A stretch of DNA of 64,000 bases from an uncultured Chloroflexia bacterium (GCA_963797095.1 CAWCNY010000008.1:64001-128000); one strand, 5' to 3'. Positions 30,297 to 40,730 are shown, numbered from the stretch's first letter. Translations and numbers: made by a program. Notes: generated from the letters alone by a model not told the origin.

Positions 30297-30354
30297 GAAC
30301 GCGAACGCGAACGCGAACGCGAACGCGAACGCGAACGCGAACGCGAACGCGAAC
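30297..30354. repeat. (GAACGC)9 microsatellite
   Basis: Nine perfect hexamers between RNA 2 and the transposase RBS. Confidence 0.95.
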
Positions 30355-30375
30355 AGGGCATAGGAGGTGGCTACG

Positions 30376-31644
30376 ATGCAAGTGGTTTATGAGAGATGCT
30401 GCGGGTTGGACATTCACAAGAGGACAGTAGTGGCTTGTATAATCTTGCCAGGAACGCTGGGACCCACCGGCCAACCCACCGGCCAACCCACCAAGGAAGT
30501 CAAGAGCTTTGGCACCATGACCGATGATCTGCTCCACCTGTCCGACTGGCTCCTCTCCCATCGAGTGACCCATGTGGCCATGGAGTCGACAGGGGTCTTT
30601 TGGAAACCCATTTACAACCTGTTGGAAGGGCAGTTCGAGCTTTTGTTGGTCAACCCCCAACACATCAAGGCGGTGCCTGGTCGCAAGACTGACGTGCGAG
30701 ACTGTGAGTGGATTGCCGATCTTTTGCGTCACGGGCTGTTGGCTGGGAGTTTTGTGCCTGACCAGGGACAGCGAGAGCTTCGGGAATTGACGCGCTACCG
30801 CACCCAGTTGATAAGGGAGCGTGCTTCTGAGGTCAACCGACTGCAGAAGACGTTGGAGGGGGCCAACATCAAGCTGGCAAGTGTCGCTACTGACATTACG
30901 GGAGTATCGGGGCGTCAGATACTGCAAGCTTTGTTGGAGGGGCAGAGCGATGAGCGAGCAATGGCCGAGCTTGCCAGGGGGCGCATGAGGGAGAAGATAC
31001 CGCAGTTGGAGGCGGCTCTCAAAGGGAGGTTCAGAGCACATCAGCGCTTTATGGTAGCCCAGCAGTTGGCCCACATAGACTTCCTGGACGAGGCCATTGA
31101 GAAGGTGAACATAGAGATAGAGGCAAGAATGGCCCCTTTTGGGTGGGCGCTGGACCTGTTGGAGACGATCCGGGGAGTGGGCCAGCGCACGGCTGAGGTG
31201 ATCATCGCAGAGATAGGGGTTGATATGGAGCGTTTCCCCACCTCCCGCCATTTGGCATCGTGGGCTGGGATGTGTCCTGGGAACCATGAGAGTGCGGGTA
31301 AGCGTAAGAGTGGCAAGACACGTAAAGGCAATGTGTGGTTGCGAACGGCGTTGGTGGAGGCCGCTCAAGCGGCGGGGCGGTGCAAAGGGAGCAAGGAGAG
31401 CTACTTGTCTGCTCAGTATCGGAGGATAGCCCGCAGTGGTGGGTCCAACAAAGCGGCGGTGGCTGTGGGCCACTCTATTCTGGTAATTGCCTATGAGATG
31501 TTGAAGCATCAAACCACCTACAACGATTTAGGTAATGGTTACTTTGATGAGCGAGACCGGCAAGCAAAAGAGCGGCGGCTGATACATAGTTTGGAGAAGC
31601 TGGGATACAGGGTCTCTCTTGAGCCTCTCCCTTCAGCTGCCTGA
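30376..31644 (+). CDS. IS110 family transposase/recombinase
   Basis: AGGAGG RBS; GLDIHK, MESTG, KTDVRD, ESAGK. Confidence 0.97.
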   Translation: MQVVYERCCGLDIHKRTVVACIILPGTLGPTGQPTGQPTKEVKSFGTMTDDLLHLSDWLLSHRVTHVAMESTGVFWKPIYNLLEGQFELLLVNPQHIKAVPGRKTDVRDCEWIADLLRHGLLAGSFVPDQGQRELRELTRYRTQLIRERASEVNRLQKTLEGANIKLASVATDITGVSGRQILQALLEGQSDERAMAELARGRMREKIPQLEAALKGRFRAHQRFMVAQQLAHIDFLDEAIEKVNIEIEARMAPFGWALDLLETIRGVGQRTAEVIIAEIGVDMERFPTSRHLASWAGMCPGNHESAGKRKSGKTRKGNVWLRTALVEAAQAAGRCKGSKESYLSAQYRRIARSGGSNKAAVAVGHSILVIAYEMLKHQTTYNDLGNGYFDERDRQAKERRLIHSLEKLGYRVSLEPLPSAA

Positions 31645-31833
31645 TCCTGAGTTATTTTCACAGCAGCAGAGCAGAGCAGAGCAGAGCAGTTGAGGTGGAG
31701 CAATTTCCACGATATGCTTGGGGCATGACGGGGCAGACCCTTGAAGAGGAAGTAATCGCATTACGGGCAGAGGTAGCCAGCCTCGACTGACCTGATTTTC
31801 AAATGCCAACCTCATTTCTGACACTACCCGGGA

Positions 31834-32711
31834 GCTATTCTTGTACCTGGCCATTCAGGAGTCTCCCTGACAGGCCCTCAAGGCTCTTTGGTATGTTGGA
31901 GATTGGTGATGGCATTGCGCGAGCTAATATAGCCGCAGTCTCGCCTCTTGCTGCCTCAGTGTCCATCATGAATGCGCTATGCTATCGCTACATCTGTGAG
32001 TAGGCCATACGCATTGGCTGTCTCAATGTATGGATAGAGTGCAGAGTCGACGCCCACATCGGTAAAGGTCGGTATCTCAGGCTTGACAAGCTCCCACCCC
32101 GCTGCCTGCACGACCACTTTCACGATAGAGCCGCGTGTGATCCCTTGCTCCGGCTTGAAGGTGCCGTCCTTGTATCCTATCACCAGGCCCTTCTGGTAGG
32201 CGGCTTCGACGTAGGGGCAGTACGGTGAGCCGGGCGGTACGTCGCTGAAGTGCGACACTTTGCCAGCTTCGAGTGATATGTTGAAGGCTTGTACGAGCAT
32301 TTTCAAAGCCGACCCACGGGCCATGCTCGCGTCGGGCTTGAAGAGCGTACCCGGAGCGGAGTGAAGGCAAGCATCTTCGTACCCGGAAACTATCCCAAGT
32401 GCCTCGAGAGACATGACCTCGTTATAGAACTTATTATCGGGCTGCATGTCTGGAAAGGAGGCGGGGCAGGCAGGCGTCACCGGGCATCGAGCCATCGAAG
32501 GTGAGACGGCGCCATCAAGGCAGGAGTTAGTCAGCATGGCGAAGTAAGCCTGCAAGCTCTGCGTTGCTAGCGTGAACTGGTAGCAGAAGTCGCCCTGCAT
32601 CAGGTTCCCGGTTGGAATGTCATTGTGCTTGCCAGGCAGGAATGCGCTCTCGTCCAATTCCGCGCCCAAGTAGCGCGCGTGAGGATCGCTGATCACTTGA
32701 TGTGGGTCCAA
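31834..32711 (-). pseudogene. S-layer homology (SLH) domain protein, truncated by IS982 and frameshifted
   Basis: 'GIVSGY', 'FSDVPPGSPY', 'GYKDGTFKPEQGITRG'. The last SLH continues in another frame ('AARGETAAILARA'). Confidence 0.75.
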
Positions 32712-32720
32712 TTTACTATT

Positions 32721-33839
32721 AGGCCATTATGCTAGATGAGGGAAGGCAAGCTCCTTGATATTGAGGAACTCGGCCTTACCCAACAAACGATTGATATAGA
32801 TGCACAAGGTATGAGCAGCCAATTTGGAGTACAAACGGGTACACAAACCCCAGAATGTGTGAGCATGGTTTTGCTGCACCGAGAATTGCTCGGCCAATTG
32901 GCCGTTCACTGTCTCGATTATCTGTCTCGTCCGACAGATGCACTCGGACACTGCTTCAGGGAGTTGCCTTTTCTGGTTGGCTCTAGGCACGGTCATCAAG
33001 CAGATACGGTTGCCCTCCAAAAGAGCATCGGCAACAGGCTCAGACAACAGGCTCAGACAACAGCCTCAGACAACAGGCTCAGACAACAGGCTCAGACAAC
33101 AGGCTCAGACAACAGCCTCAGACAACAGGCTCAGACAACAGCCTCAGATATGCACCCTTTGTCAGCCACAGCATGAAGGTCTGTGTGCTCCTCAAGCAAT
33201 TCATAGCCGCCTTGCAGGTCGCCTATGTTGGCAGGCATAAGGGCAGATCACTCCTCCCAACGTGACGAGCAGTTGCATCTTGTAGCCGAAGAAGGTCTGC
33301 TTCTTGGAAGCGACCCTGCCAAAGGTAGCTCCGTTAGCAGTCCAATCTCTAGAGGCCCCAGGAGCCAGGTGAAACTGCACCACCGGCACCGGCAACGAGT
33401 TTACGAGTTTATGCAGCATTGCCTATCCTCAGCAATATCAAGTGCTCGCAGGACCACCTGCCTGACCAGGTTGAAAGCATGCCAAAGCCCTCTTCTGCGC
33501 CTGTTGAAGCGGCTTTGCGAAGGGATGTGAGGGAACAAGTCACGATGTCGGTGCCACTCCGAAACGAGGGTCAACTCCGTATCCCATCCTTTGCACTCTC
33601 CAACCAGGCACATCGTCATCAACTCCTGGTCGGAGCGTTGGAGGATGGCCCTGGTCGAGGGAACAGATGGCTAACTTGTCTGTAAGTATCTTCCACGATG
33701 CAATACATCCACAAGCTAAAATCGTCGAAGTTGGTTATCACCGGGTATCCTCCGTGTTTGGGCAGGGTTGGTCTTGTAGCCGCTTCCTTACCAAACCGGA
33801 GGTTTCATTGTCAACCGTTTCTATCTAGCATAATGGCCT
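32721..33839 (-). mobile_element. IS982-family element, transposase pseudogene
   Basis: 17-bp perfect TIR AGGCCATTATGCTAGAT (32721-32737 / 33823-33839). 'ITNFDDF.LWMY', 'SQSRFNRRRR', 'FFGYKMQL', 'RQIIETVNGQL'. Confidence 0.9.
33032..33148. repeat. 13-bp tandem repeat x9 inside IS982
   Basis: CAACAG(G/C)CTCAGA x9. Confidence 0.95.
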
Positions 33840-34116
33840 TTTTGACTTCTGGCCCATCTGCATGGCCAGTTTGAACGCGAATGACTGAGAGCAACGGCAT
33901 TCCTAAGTCACGCACTTGTCTTAGCAATCCATGCAACGCTGCCTGATCGACCACCGGGCCAACTAAAAGCGTATCGCCGTTGTCTTCCTGCGTGATGGAC
34001 AGACCCCCAAACCAGTCTGTCCACTCACGACCGAGATGACCTTTGACCCTGATTTCATAGACCACTGGTTGGCCTACCTCACCTGGGTCCGGTGTTGGGT
34101 TGAGTTTGTTTAGCAT
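33811..34116 (-). CDS. small 'YEIRVKGHL' family protein, copy 3 (3' end clipped by IS982)
   Basis: 'YEIRVKGHLG..W..WFGGL...DQAALHGLL'. Confidence 0.85.
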   Translation of the reverse strand: MLNKLNPTPDPGEVGQPVVYEIRVKGHLGREWTDWFGGLSITQEDNGDTLLVGPVVDQAALHGLLRQVRDLGMPLLSVIRVQTGHADGPEVKKAIMLDRNG

Positions 34117-34189
34117 GATCTTGTACCTGTCTCTACCGGCGGTGGCCGAACCTGATGCGGTGCACCGGTGCACCGCATCTCTCCTTCAT

Positions 34190-35041
34190 CTACCGCGCAG
34201 TCAGCACTTGGCGAACGGTTGGAGCCGGCGCTGTCTGTACCGGTACATCTACCGCCTCGCCGGCGATCGATGTACCGGTGCCGTAAGCTTCGGGCTGGAA
34301 ACCTTTAATGATTAGCCAGACGGGTAGCACGAGTTCAAAGAACATACCGGGGATCGTGAGCTGCGTGCCGATGTGGACCCCAAAGATTTCAGCTATGCAC
34401 CCCACCATCAGAATTGGGTAGCCGATCAAGCCTGAAACCGCCAGCCATCGGGGGATCAGTCGGGTCCGGAACAGCAACATACAAAGGAATACGCACCCGA
34501 CTGCGAGCGTAATCTGGCCGATGTTGTAGGCCATGGCATTCGACTGGACCGCCAGTGATCCGAGGGTGTCGGCCAGACCCGCCGAACTCGCGCTCGCCTG
34601 CCCTGCGTCAACTGCCTGTTGAGCCAGGGGAACGATCATCAGAAGAGCGAGCACCCCGACGGTCAGCATGACCACCTCAACAATCATGGCGGCCAGGTAG
34701 GCCAGCGCGATTCTCTTGCCGTGCCTCTCCAGGATTGGGAAGAACAAAACCCCCTTCGCCACGTCTACCAGGGTGTTCAATAACATCAGAAAGGCTCCGA
34801 TGATGAAGACGGTCTGGTTTGCGGCAATCGCTGAAAGAAAGTCGGGGGCGCCTGTAAAGGAAGCCACCAGAGCGAAGCCCCCTCCGTAAGAGAGAAACCC
34901 CAGGAGAAATAGCGCTCCTATCACCCGCGAATACGTCATGCGAGAACCCACCAACGCTTTCCTCTTCTGTGTAGCTTTGGCTACCTCCTGGATCTGAAGA
35001 ACACCAGGTGATCCGTATTGTGTACCTGCAATCGCTTTCAT
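34190..35041 (-). CDS. DUF4386 membrane protein with an N-terminal remnant of an MDR dehydrogenase
   Basis: AAGGAG RBS, 'MKAIAGTQYGSPGVLQIQEVAK', then DUF4386 ('RLIPRWL', 'WLIIKGF'). Confidence 0.8.
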   Translation of the reverse strand: MKAIAGTQYGSPGVLQIQEVAKATQKRKALVGSRMTYSRVIGALFLLGFLSYGGGFALVASFTGAPDFLSAIAANQTVFIIGAFLMLLNTLVDVAKGVLFFPILERHGKRIALAYLAAMIVEVVMLTVGVLALLMIVPLAQQAVDAGQASASSAGLADTLGSLAVQSNAMAYNIGQITLAVGCVFLCMLLFRTRLIPRWLAVSGLIGYPILMVGCIAEIFGVHIGTQLTIPGMFFELVLPVWLIIKGFQPEAYGTGTSIAGEAVDVPVQTAPAPTVRQVLTAR

Positions 35042-35323
35042 GATTATGCTCCTTGAGCTAAGTTCAACTGTTCGACGCCCCGGAGGGGACCCCGTATGTC
35101 GAGGTTGGCGAGATCGATGCCACTTGATCGATGTACAAGGAGCATAGCTGTATGGAGGTATTGTCGTATAGCTACTAAAGTATTGTCGGAGGTATTGCTC
35201 TGGGAATTGCTGTGCGGGTAGGTGCGTTGTTATCGTTGTGTACGACACAAAATCGAAAGTGAGCGGAGTGGGGACGGTTTTAGGGAGGGCTGAAGGCCCT
35301 CCCTTACCGCCCATATTACATTT

Positions 35324-36130
35324 CTATGCCCGCTGTGCCGCGCTCAGCAGCTCGTTCGATTGCGTTCTTGCAGACTCGGGAGCGATTGCAGATGAATTGA
35401 ACCCCTTGACGATGAGCCAGAGGGCAAGGCTGACCTCCCAGGCGAACACTGGGAGACCAGCGATCACCCCCAATGTAGAGACCTGCGTGTAGAACCCGAA
35501 CATCACGGCGGTCCCCGAGACGAAGATCAGCGACCCTCCGGTGAGTCCCAACACCGCAATGAACCGTGGAACCAGTCTGGAGCTGTACATCAGGTACGCC
35601 AGCATCAGCGTGTTCAATCCCAAGATGAGGTTCGGCCCGAACAGGAACGTCCAGTTATGTATCCCGACCAAAGCCGTGCCGACAGTGCTAAGGGCGGCTG
35701 CGTTTGCGCTCGATGCCAATCCTCCCGCAAGATCCTGCCGTAGCGTCACTACTGCAAGCAGGCTGATAATGCCGACGACGATGACGAGGCCTTCAGCAAG
35801 ACGACCGCACACATAGCCAAGAGCTATGCCCTCGTTCTGTCTCTTTACGACTCGAAACAGCGTGACCGCTGTGCCGACGTTTGCGATTGCGAGGAGCAAC
35901 TCAGAGAGCGCCCCCAAGAACACGCCGTTGTCACCGCTGACGGAGCCCGTGAGGATATAGTTGGGGTCGCTCACAACTGCGCCATAGAGAAAGATTGCGC
36001 CGATCGCGGTGATCTCGGTGAGCAGGAAGAATATGCCCGCAACTACTGCTGTCTTTCGATATGAACCCGCCTTGAAATCCTTCATGTCATTTCTCGAATT
36101 CGTTCTTTCGTTGGTAGTCATGGTTGCCAT
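35324..36130 (-). CDS. DUF4386 membrane protein
   Basis: 'GTAVTLFRVVKRQ', 'SRLVPRFI', 'WLIVKGFN'. Confidence 0.88.
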   Translation of the reverse strand: MATMTTNERTNSRNDMKDFKAGSYRKTAVVAGIFFLLTEITAIGAIFLYGAVVSDPNYILTGSVSGDNGVFLGALSELLLAIANVGTAVTLFRVVKRQNEGIALGYVCGRLAEGLVIVVGIISLLAVVTLRQDLAGGLASSANAAALSTVGTALVGIHNWTFLFGPNLILGLNTLMLAYLMYSSRLVPRFIAVLGLTGGSLIFVSGTAVMFGFYTQVSTLGVIAGLPVFAWEVSLALWLIVKGFNSSAIAPESARTQSNELLSAAQRA

Positions 36131-36352
36131 CGTTTTTCTCCTTTTTGACTATTTCCGGTGCTGTTCCATCGCTTGCGTGGCTGAAGCTCAGGCCTTCGAA
36201 CTGGCCGGCCCAACAATGATTGAGGTGTCCTCTTATGCGAAGCTCACGTCGCCGGGCCTTGACGTGCTGGGTTGCCGTTACGCTGTTACCTGTGCTTCGC
36301 TGTGACAAACGGCCGCTTGGCCGCTTGTCACTACAATAGCTTTCCAGCGAGC

Positions 36353-37180
36353 TCACTCGGCTGCGGTTTGGAGGAGTTGGGGACTTACCGTGCCGGGCAC
36401 GGGTTCCGTGGTGGGCACGGAACCCGTGGCGGGAGCACGCCGTTCCGACCAGAGAGAATAGCCAAGCCAGGCCACAGCTAGTCCCACCGGCACCGCCACG
36501 AGTGCCTTGTGCTCCTCCGGAAGCAGCGAAGCCAGGGGGGACAACACGACCCCGACGGCAAGCAGCCCTGCCGCCCAGCGCGACAGGATGCCGGCGCGGA
36601 TCGTCGCGATGCCGAACAGCCCGCCGCCAAGGATATACACGACCCCTGACAGCGAATAAAGCGTTGCGAGGATGTCGAGGTTCATCTCGCCGGCGTGCCC
36701 ATTGAACATCCCTAAGAAGCTCTCCACAAACGTCGGAGCCTTGATTGCCAACGGCTGCAAGATCAGAGCTTCAGTGAAGGTAAAGGGCGCTGTGAGCGCA
36801 TAGAAGAGGCTGAACAGGAGAAAGCCTGCCAGACCAAGCCACCCGGCCGCTTTCACTTGCCTGGCGTAGAGCCCAGCCATGCCGAGCACGCCGAAGAAGC
36901 ACATGGCGGTGGCCAGGACGTGGACGATTATCCACTGGGTGGTTGTGACTGTCGAAAGAGTTTCGACTGGATGGAACAGCCCGACGGCTACATAAAAGAT
37001 CCCTGCCACCATAGCCGATAGCCCTGCCCAACGGATCAGCTTTGAGGTTGTTATCTTCATTTTGCTCTCCTTATTGACTGCGATCTGGCGATTGGTATGG
37101 GTATTCACCTGTTTGTCTCCTTCAATTGTTGCGGTCTTCGCGACCGAATTTATTCTTTCATTGGTAGTCATGGTAGCCAT
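36353..37180 (-). CDS. multi-TM hypothetical membrane protein
   Basis: About 6 TM segments; three in-frame RBS/start sites (37180, 37108, 37060). Confidence 0.8.
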   Translation of the reverse strand: MATMTTNERINSVAKTATIEGDKQVNTHTNRQIAVNKESKMKITTSKLIRWAGLSAMVAGIFYVAVGLFHPVETLSTVTTTQWIIVHVLATAMCFFGVLGMAGLYARQVKAAGWLGLAGFLLFSLFYALTAPFTFTEALILQPLAIKAPTFVESFLGMFNGHAGEMNLDILATLYSLSGVVYILGGGLFGIATIRAGILSRWAAGLLAVGVVLSPLASLLPEEHKALVAVPVGLAVAWLGYSLWSERRAPATGSVPTTEPVPGTVSPQLLQTAAE

Positions 37181-37369
37181 TGTTTTTCTCCTCTTTGACT
37201 ATTTCCGGTGCTGACAAGCCCTATGCAATTGAGCTTGGATAGAGCTGTGGCCACCTGGCCACCGATCCCGTTCCTGTTCCGGGTTTGAGATGGCTAGAAG
37301 TTCGTCAAAGGCAATTCTCCTTTCTGAGCAACTTGCATAGCACTCTATCTAGACTCGGTGATTGGCATC

Positions 37370-37627
37370 TTACGCATCTGCCTTGTCGGGTCTGATGGTG
37401 GTTACCGAGATTAGTGGCATTCCCAAATCGCGCACTTTTCTCAATAAGCCGTGCAACGCCGCCTGATCGACCACCATGCCGGCTAGAAGCGTATCGCCGT
37501 TGCCCTCCAGCGTAAGGGTCATGCCCTCGAACCTAGCAGCCCATCTAGCATCAAGGTGTCCCTTGATGCGAATCTCATAAAGTCCGGGCTCGTCATAGTC
37601 CTCAGGTGCCGTGTATGTTTCACTCAT
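37370..37627 (-). CDS. small 'YEIRIKGHL' family protein, copy 2
   Basis: Close paralog of 5225-5491. Confidence 0.85.
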   Translation of the reverse strand: MSETYTAPEDYDEPGLYEIRIKGHLDARWAARFEGMTLTLEGNGDTLLAGMVVDQAALHGLLRKVRDLGMPLISVTTIRPDKADA

Positions 37628-37885
37628 TCTGCGCCTCCCGCATTTGCCTCATGTAAGGGTTCCCTCCAGGACAGCTGAAGCTCCTCGTGGTTGGATTGCT
37701 TCTTGCCTTCCACCAGAGCATACAAACCAATGTGATGAGATCGCGTCGTCACATGTGATGATTGATGTGATGATCTATTTAGTGGCATACCGGTATGCCA
37801 CGGGGAATCAAAAGCCCCGGCAGGTGGCTTAGCAGACCTGCCGGGGTTGGGGTGCCTTTTTGTTCGGATATACGTTATGCCAACG

Positions 37886-40639
37886 TTACAACAAATGGAG
37901 TTCTTCAGCCCGGCGGACGGCTGCCCGGCGGTTGTCGACCCCAAGCTTGTTGTAGATGTTGCTGGTGTGAGTGCGCATGGTGCTCAGGGACACCATCAAT
38001 TCGCTGGCAACTTCAGGGCCGCTCAATTCGGTTCCGAGCAGTCTGAGTACTTCAAGTTCACGTTCACTCAGAGGCTCGATCAAAGGGTGTGTGACGGGCA
38101 TGACGAGCGTTCTGCCTTCAGCCTCCCCGGCCTCTCCAGGTGCTGACAGTAATCGATGAGGATAGTTGGGGGTGATACCCCGTTTGGAGGCCTCTGTCAG
38201 CAGTGCTATCATAGGTGAGCCTTCGTCCACAAACATTCGGACGTAGCCCTCCGGCTCAGCCAGCGTCAGGGCCCGCTGTAGTGGCGTGAGAGCAGCAGGA
38301 ATGTTGCCTTGCGCCTGGTAAACAAGTGCCTGCAGCACCAGGATTTCGATCACGCTTCCCACCCTCCCGCCTTCTTCCGCCGCTTGCAAGAGGCGCTTGA
38401 GGAGTCCCAGTGCCTCAGAAATGAAGCGCCCAGTACGCTCGCTCCTATATCGGGCCAGGAGCAGTCTGGCCAGGGTGATGTGCTCGAACTCACGCAGGTA
38501 GCTGAGGTCGTCCTCAGGCGACAGAGCTCGCGCGCGCACCCAGCCGAGGGCGTCCTCAAACCTGCCCTGCACAACCCATACCCTTGTCATCCATGCCGCT
38601 ACAGGACGCACATTTGGGGAGAAGTCGCCTACGTACGCGCGCTCTGCTTCGTGGAGCAGGTCCAGAGCGCCGTCCAGGTCTCCCCCGACCTCCCGTATTC
38701 GTGACATGGCAACGCACCAGCGATACCGGTTCTGCGGTAACCCATTGTGCTCGCCCAGTTCCTTGCTTCTCAGTAGGTGCTGCGTAGCGGCATTCAGATC
38801 GTCGCGCTCGCGGTAGAGCGCGCTCATTCCGACATACATGTCTGCGGTCCCGCGCATTACAGGCTCGCCTTGCTTCGTTTGCTCGGTCGCCAGCTGCAAT
38901 CCCCGTTCATAGATCCGCATCGCCTCGTGGAGACGACCTTGCGCAATGCGGATATCAGCCAGGGCGATGGAGCAACCGAGAATGTCCGAGATGTTCCCGG
39001 CCCTCTGCAAACTCGCCATGCCTTCGGCATACGACCGGTGCGCTGCCTCGAGGTCCCCGCTCGTCCAGGATGCGAGCCCCAACAGCACCGCTGCCGATCC
39101 GCGCCTGAGATGGTCGTCCTCAGGTACGAGGTCGAGCGCTAACCTGGCGTATTTCAGGGTGGCTGCCACATCGCCCAGATATAGGGCCAGTCCCGCGCGC
39201 GCAACCGCGATCGCACCTGAGAGATGGCGAAATGCCTCTTCGTCCACAACAAGCATCTCACTCCTGCCTGCTGTCGTGTCAATGGTATTCGGCGGGTCCA
39301 GCCACCGTTCGGCGGCCCGTAACCGGTCCTCAACCTTATCGAGTTCGCCGCTGGCTAGTAACACATGGGCATACCAGACGCAGAGCACGGGCCTGCATTG
39401 GATCAGCTCGTCGGGTAGTGCCTTCATCCAGCCAAGCAACGCAGCCTCCTGTCTACTCCTGAGCATGGCCGGCACTGCCCGCTCGACCAGATTGGCCGCT
39501 CGCTCGAAATCCTCGACCGCCAACGCATGGCGAATAGCATCGGCTGCAGACCCATGGTGCTCGTACCACACGCTTGCACGCCGGTGCAGAGTAGCTATCA
39601 GATCTGGTTGACCCGCGGTCTCCGCGACCAAATGCGCATGGAGAACTTCAGCAAAGAGGTGGTGATAGCGGTACCAGTGGCGTTTGTCATCCAGCGGAGT
39701 TACAAAGAAGTTGCCCCTCTCCAGAGCTGCCAGGCGTGCATGCCCTTCCTGCTGGCCGGTGACGGCATCACAAAGCGGGCCATTCAACCGGTCGAGAATG
39801 GAGGTCTGGAGTAAAAAGCTGCGGACGCTTTCGGGCTGGCGCTGCAATACCTCTTCTACGAGATAGTCCACGATGTACCGGTTGTCTCCGGCGAATACCC
39901 GGACAAAGGCGGGAATATCCTCTCGCCCGCGCATCGAGAGTGCTGCCAGTTGGAGTCCCGCAATCCAGCCTTCAGTACGCGTCTCCAGCGCGGTAACGTC
40001 CACGGCTGCGAGACCCGGGCCAATTACCCGGTTGAGGAAAGTCGCCGCTTCATCCGGAGTAAAGCGAAGGTTGGTGGCACGCAGTTCGGTCAACTGGTCT
40101 CGGGCGCGGAAGCGTGCAAGAGGCAGCTGGGGGTCCTCACGCGTGGTAATGACCAGGTGCCCCTGTGGCGGCAGGTGCTCAAGCAGAAAGGTGAGGGCAT
40201 CGTCAACCGCCCTGGCATCAATAACGTGATAGTCGTCGAGGATTAGCACGAAATTGTCCGGGATGGTGGCGATTTCATTAAGCAGAGCGGTCAGGACTGC
40301 TTCGGCTGGGGGTGGTTGCGGAGACTGAAGCGCAACCACGACCCCTTCGCTGATATTCGGGGCAATCGTTCGTAAAGCAGCGACCAGATAGCTTATAAAG
40401 CGTGTAGGGTCGCTATCCCCCTCGTCCAGCGACAGCCATGCCACCTGCCGGTCGCTGGCCTGCAAACCGGCCACCCATTCACTGATCAGAGTGGTCTTGC
40501 CAAAACCTGCAGGGGCAGAGACGAGAGTCAGCTTACGGTGCAGACCTTCGTTCAGCCGCTCGACGAGGCGTGGACGGAGCACCACTTTCGGCGGAGGTGG
40601 GGGGATATAGAGTTTAGTGGCTAAAACCGGCACAACCAT
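37886..40639 (-). CDS. MalT-like STAND/TPR/LuxR regulator 2
   Basis: APAGFGKT, ILDDYH, TEGWIAGL, LuxR HTH. Confidence 0.95.
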   Translation of the reverse strand: MVVPVLATKLYIPPPPPKVVLRPRLVERLNEGLHRKLTLVSAPAGFGKTTLISEWVAGLQASDRQVAWLSLDEGDSDPTRFISYLVAALRTIAPNISEGVVVALQSPQPPPAEAVLTALLNEIATIPDNFVLILDDYHVIDARAVDDALTFLLEHLPPQGHLVITTREDPQLPLARFRARDQLTELRATNLRFTPDEAATFLNRVIGPGLAAVDVTALETRTEGWIAGLQLAALSMRGREDIPAFVRVFAGDNRYIVDYLVEEVLQRQPESVRSFLLQTSILDRLNGPLCDAVTGQQEGHARLAALERGNFFVTPLDDKRHWYRYHHLFAEVLHAHLVAETAGQPDLIATLHRRASVWYEHHGSAADAIRHALAVEDFERAANLVERAVPAMLRSRQEAALLGWMKALPDELIQCRPVLCVWYAHVLLASGELDKVEDRLRAAERWLDPPNTIDTTAGRSEMLVVDEEAFRHLSGAIAVARAGLALYLGDVAATLKYARLALDLVPEDDHLRRGSAAVLLGLASWTSGDLEAAHRSYAEGMASLQRAGNISDILGCSIALADIRIAQGRLHEAMRIYERGLQLATEQTKQGEPVMRGTADMYVGMSALYRERDDLNAATQHLLRSKELGEHNGLPQNRYRWCVAMSRIREVGGDLDGALDLLHEAERAYVGDFSPNVRPVAAWMTRVWVVQGRFEDALGWVRARALSPEDDLSYLREFEHITLARLLLARYRSERTGRFISEALGLLKRLLQAAEEGGRVGSVIEILVLQALVYQAQGNIPAALTPLQRALTLAEPEGYVRMFVDEGSPMIALLTEASKRGITPNYPHRLLSAPGEAGEAEGRTLVMPVTHPLIEPLSERELEVLRLLGTELSGPEVASELMVSLSTMRTHTSNIYNKLGVDNRRAAVRRAEELHLL

Positions 40640-40730
40640 AGGTCAATTATAGAAGATGTCGCCTACCTCAAGCAGCGTCGCCACGTGCGCAAATCGCCGA
40701 AGCGGGTCGCGTTCCCGCGCATGAGGAGAA

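Larger units (their letters stand above)
29985..31666 (+). mobile_element. IS110-family element, copy 2 (abutting copy 1)
   Basis: Same end motifs as copy 1. Ends approximate. Confidence 0.8.

Noticed and set aside
30283-31512. 409-aa antisense ORF ending in VRVRVR
   Set aside because: Shadow of the IS110 transposase plus the microsatellite.
33032-33148. Possible CRISPR or iteron array
   Set aside because: It is a 13-bp amplification of IS982 coding sequence (the ISEPV region) without spacers.
35042-35314. N-terminal extension of the 374-aa ORF
   Set aside because: Runs through promoter-like repeats; a clear RBS supports the start at 35041.
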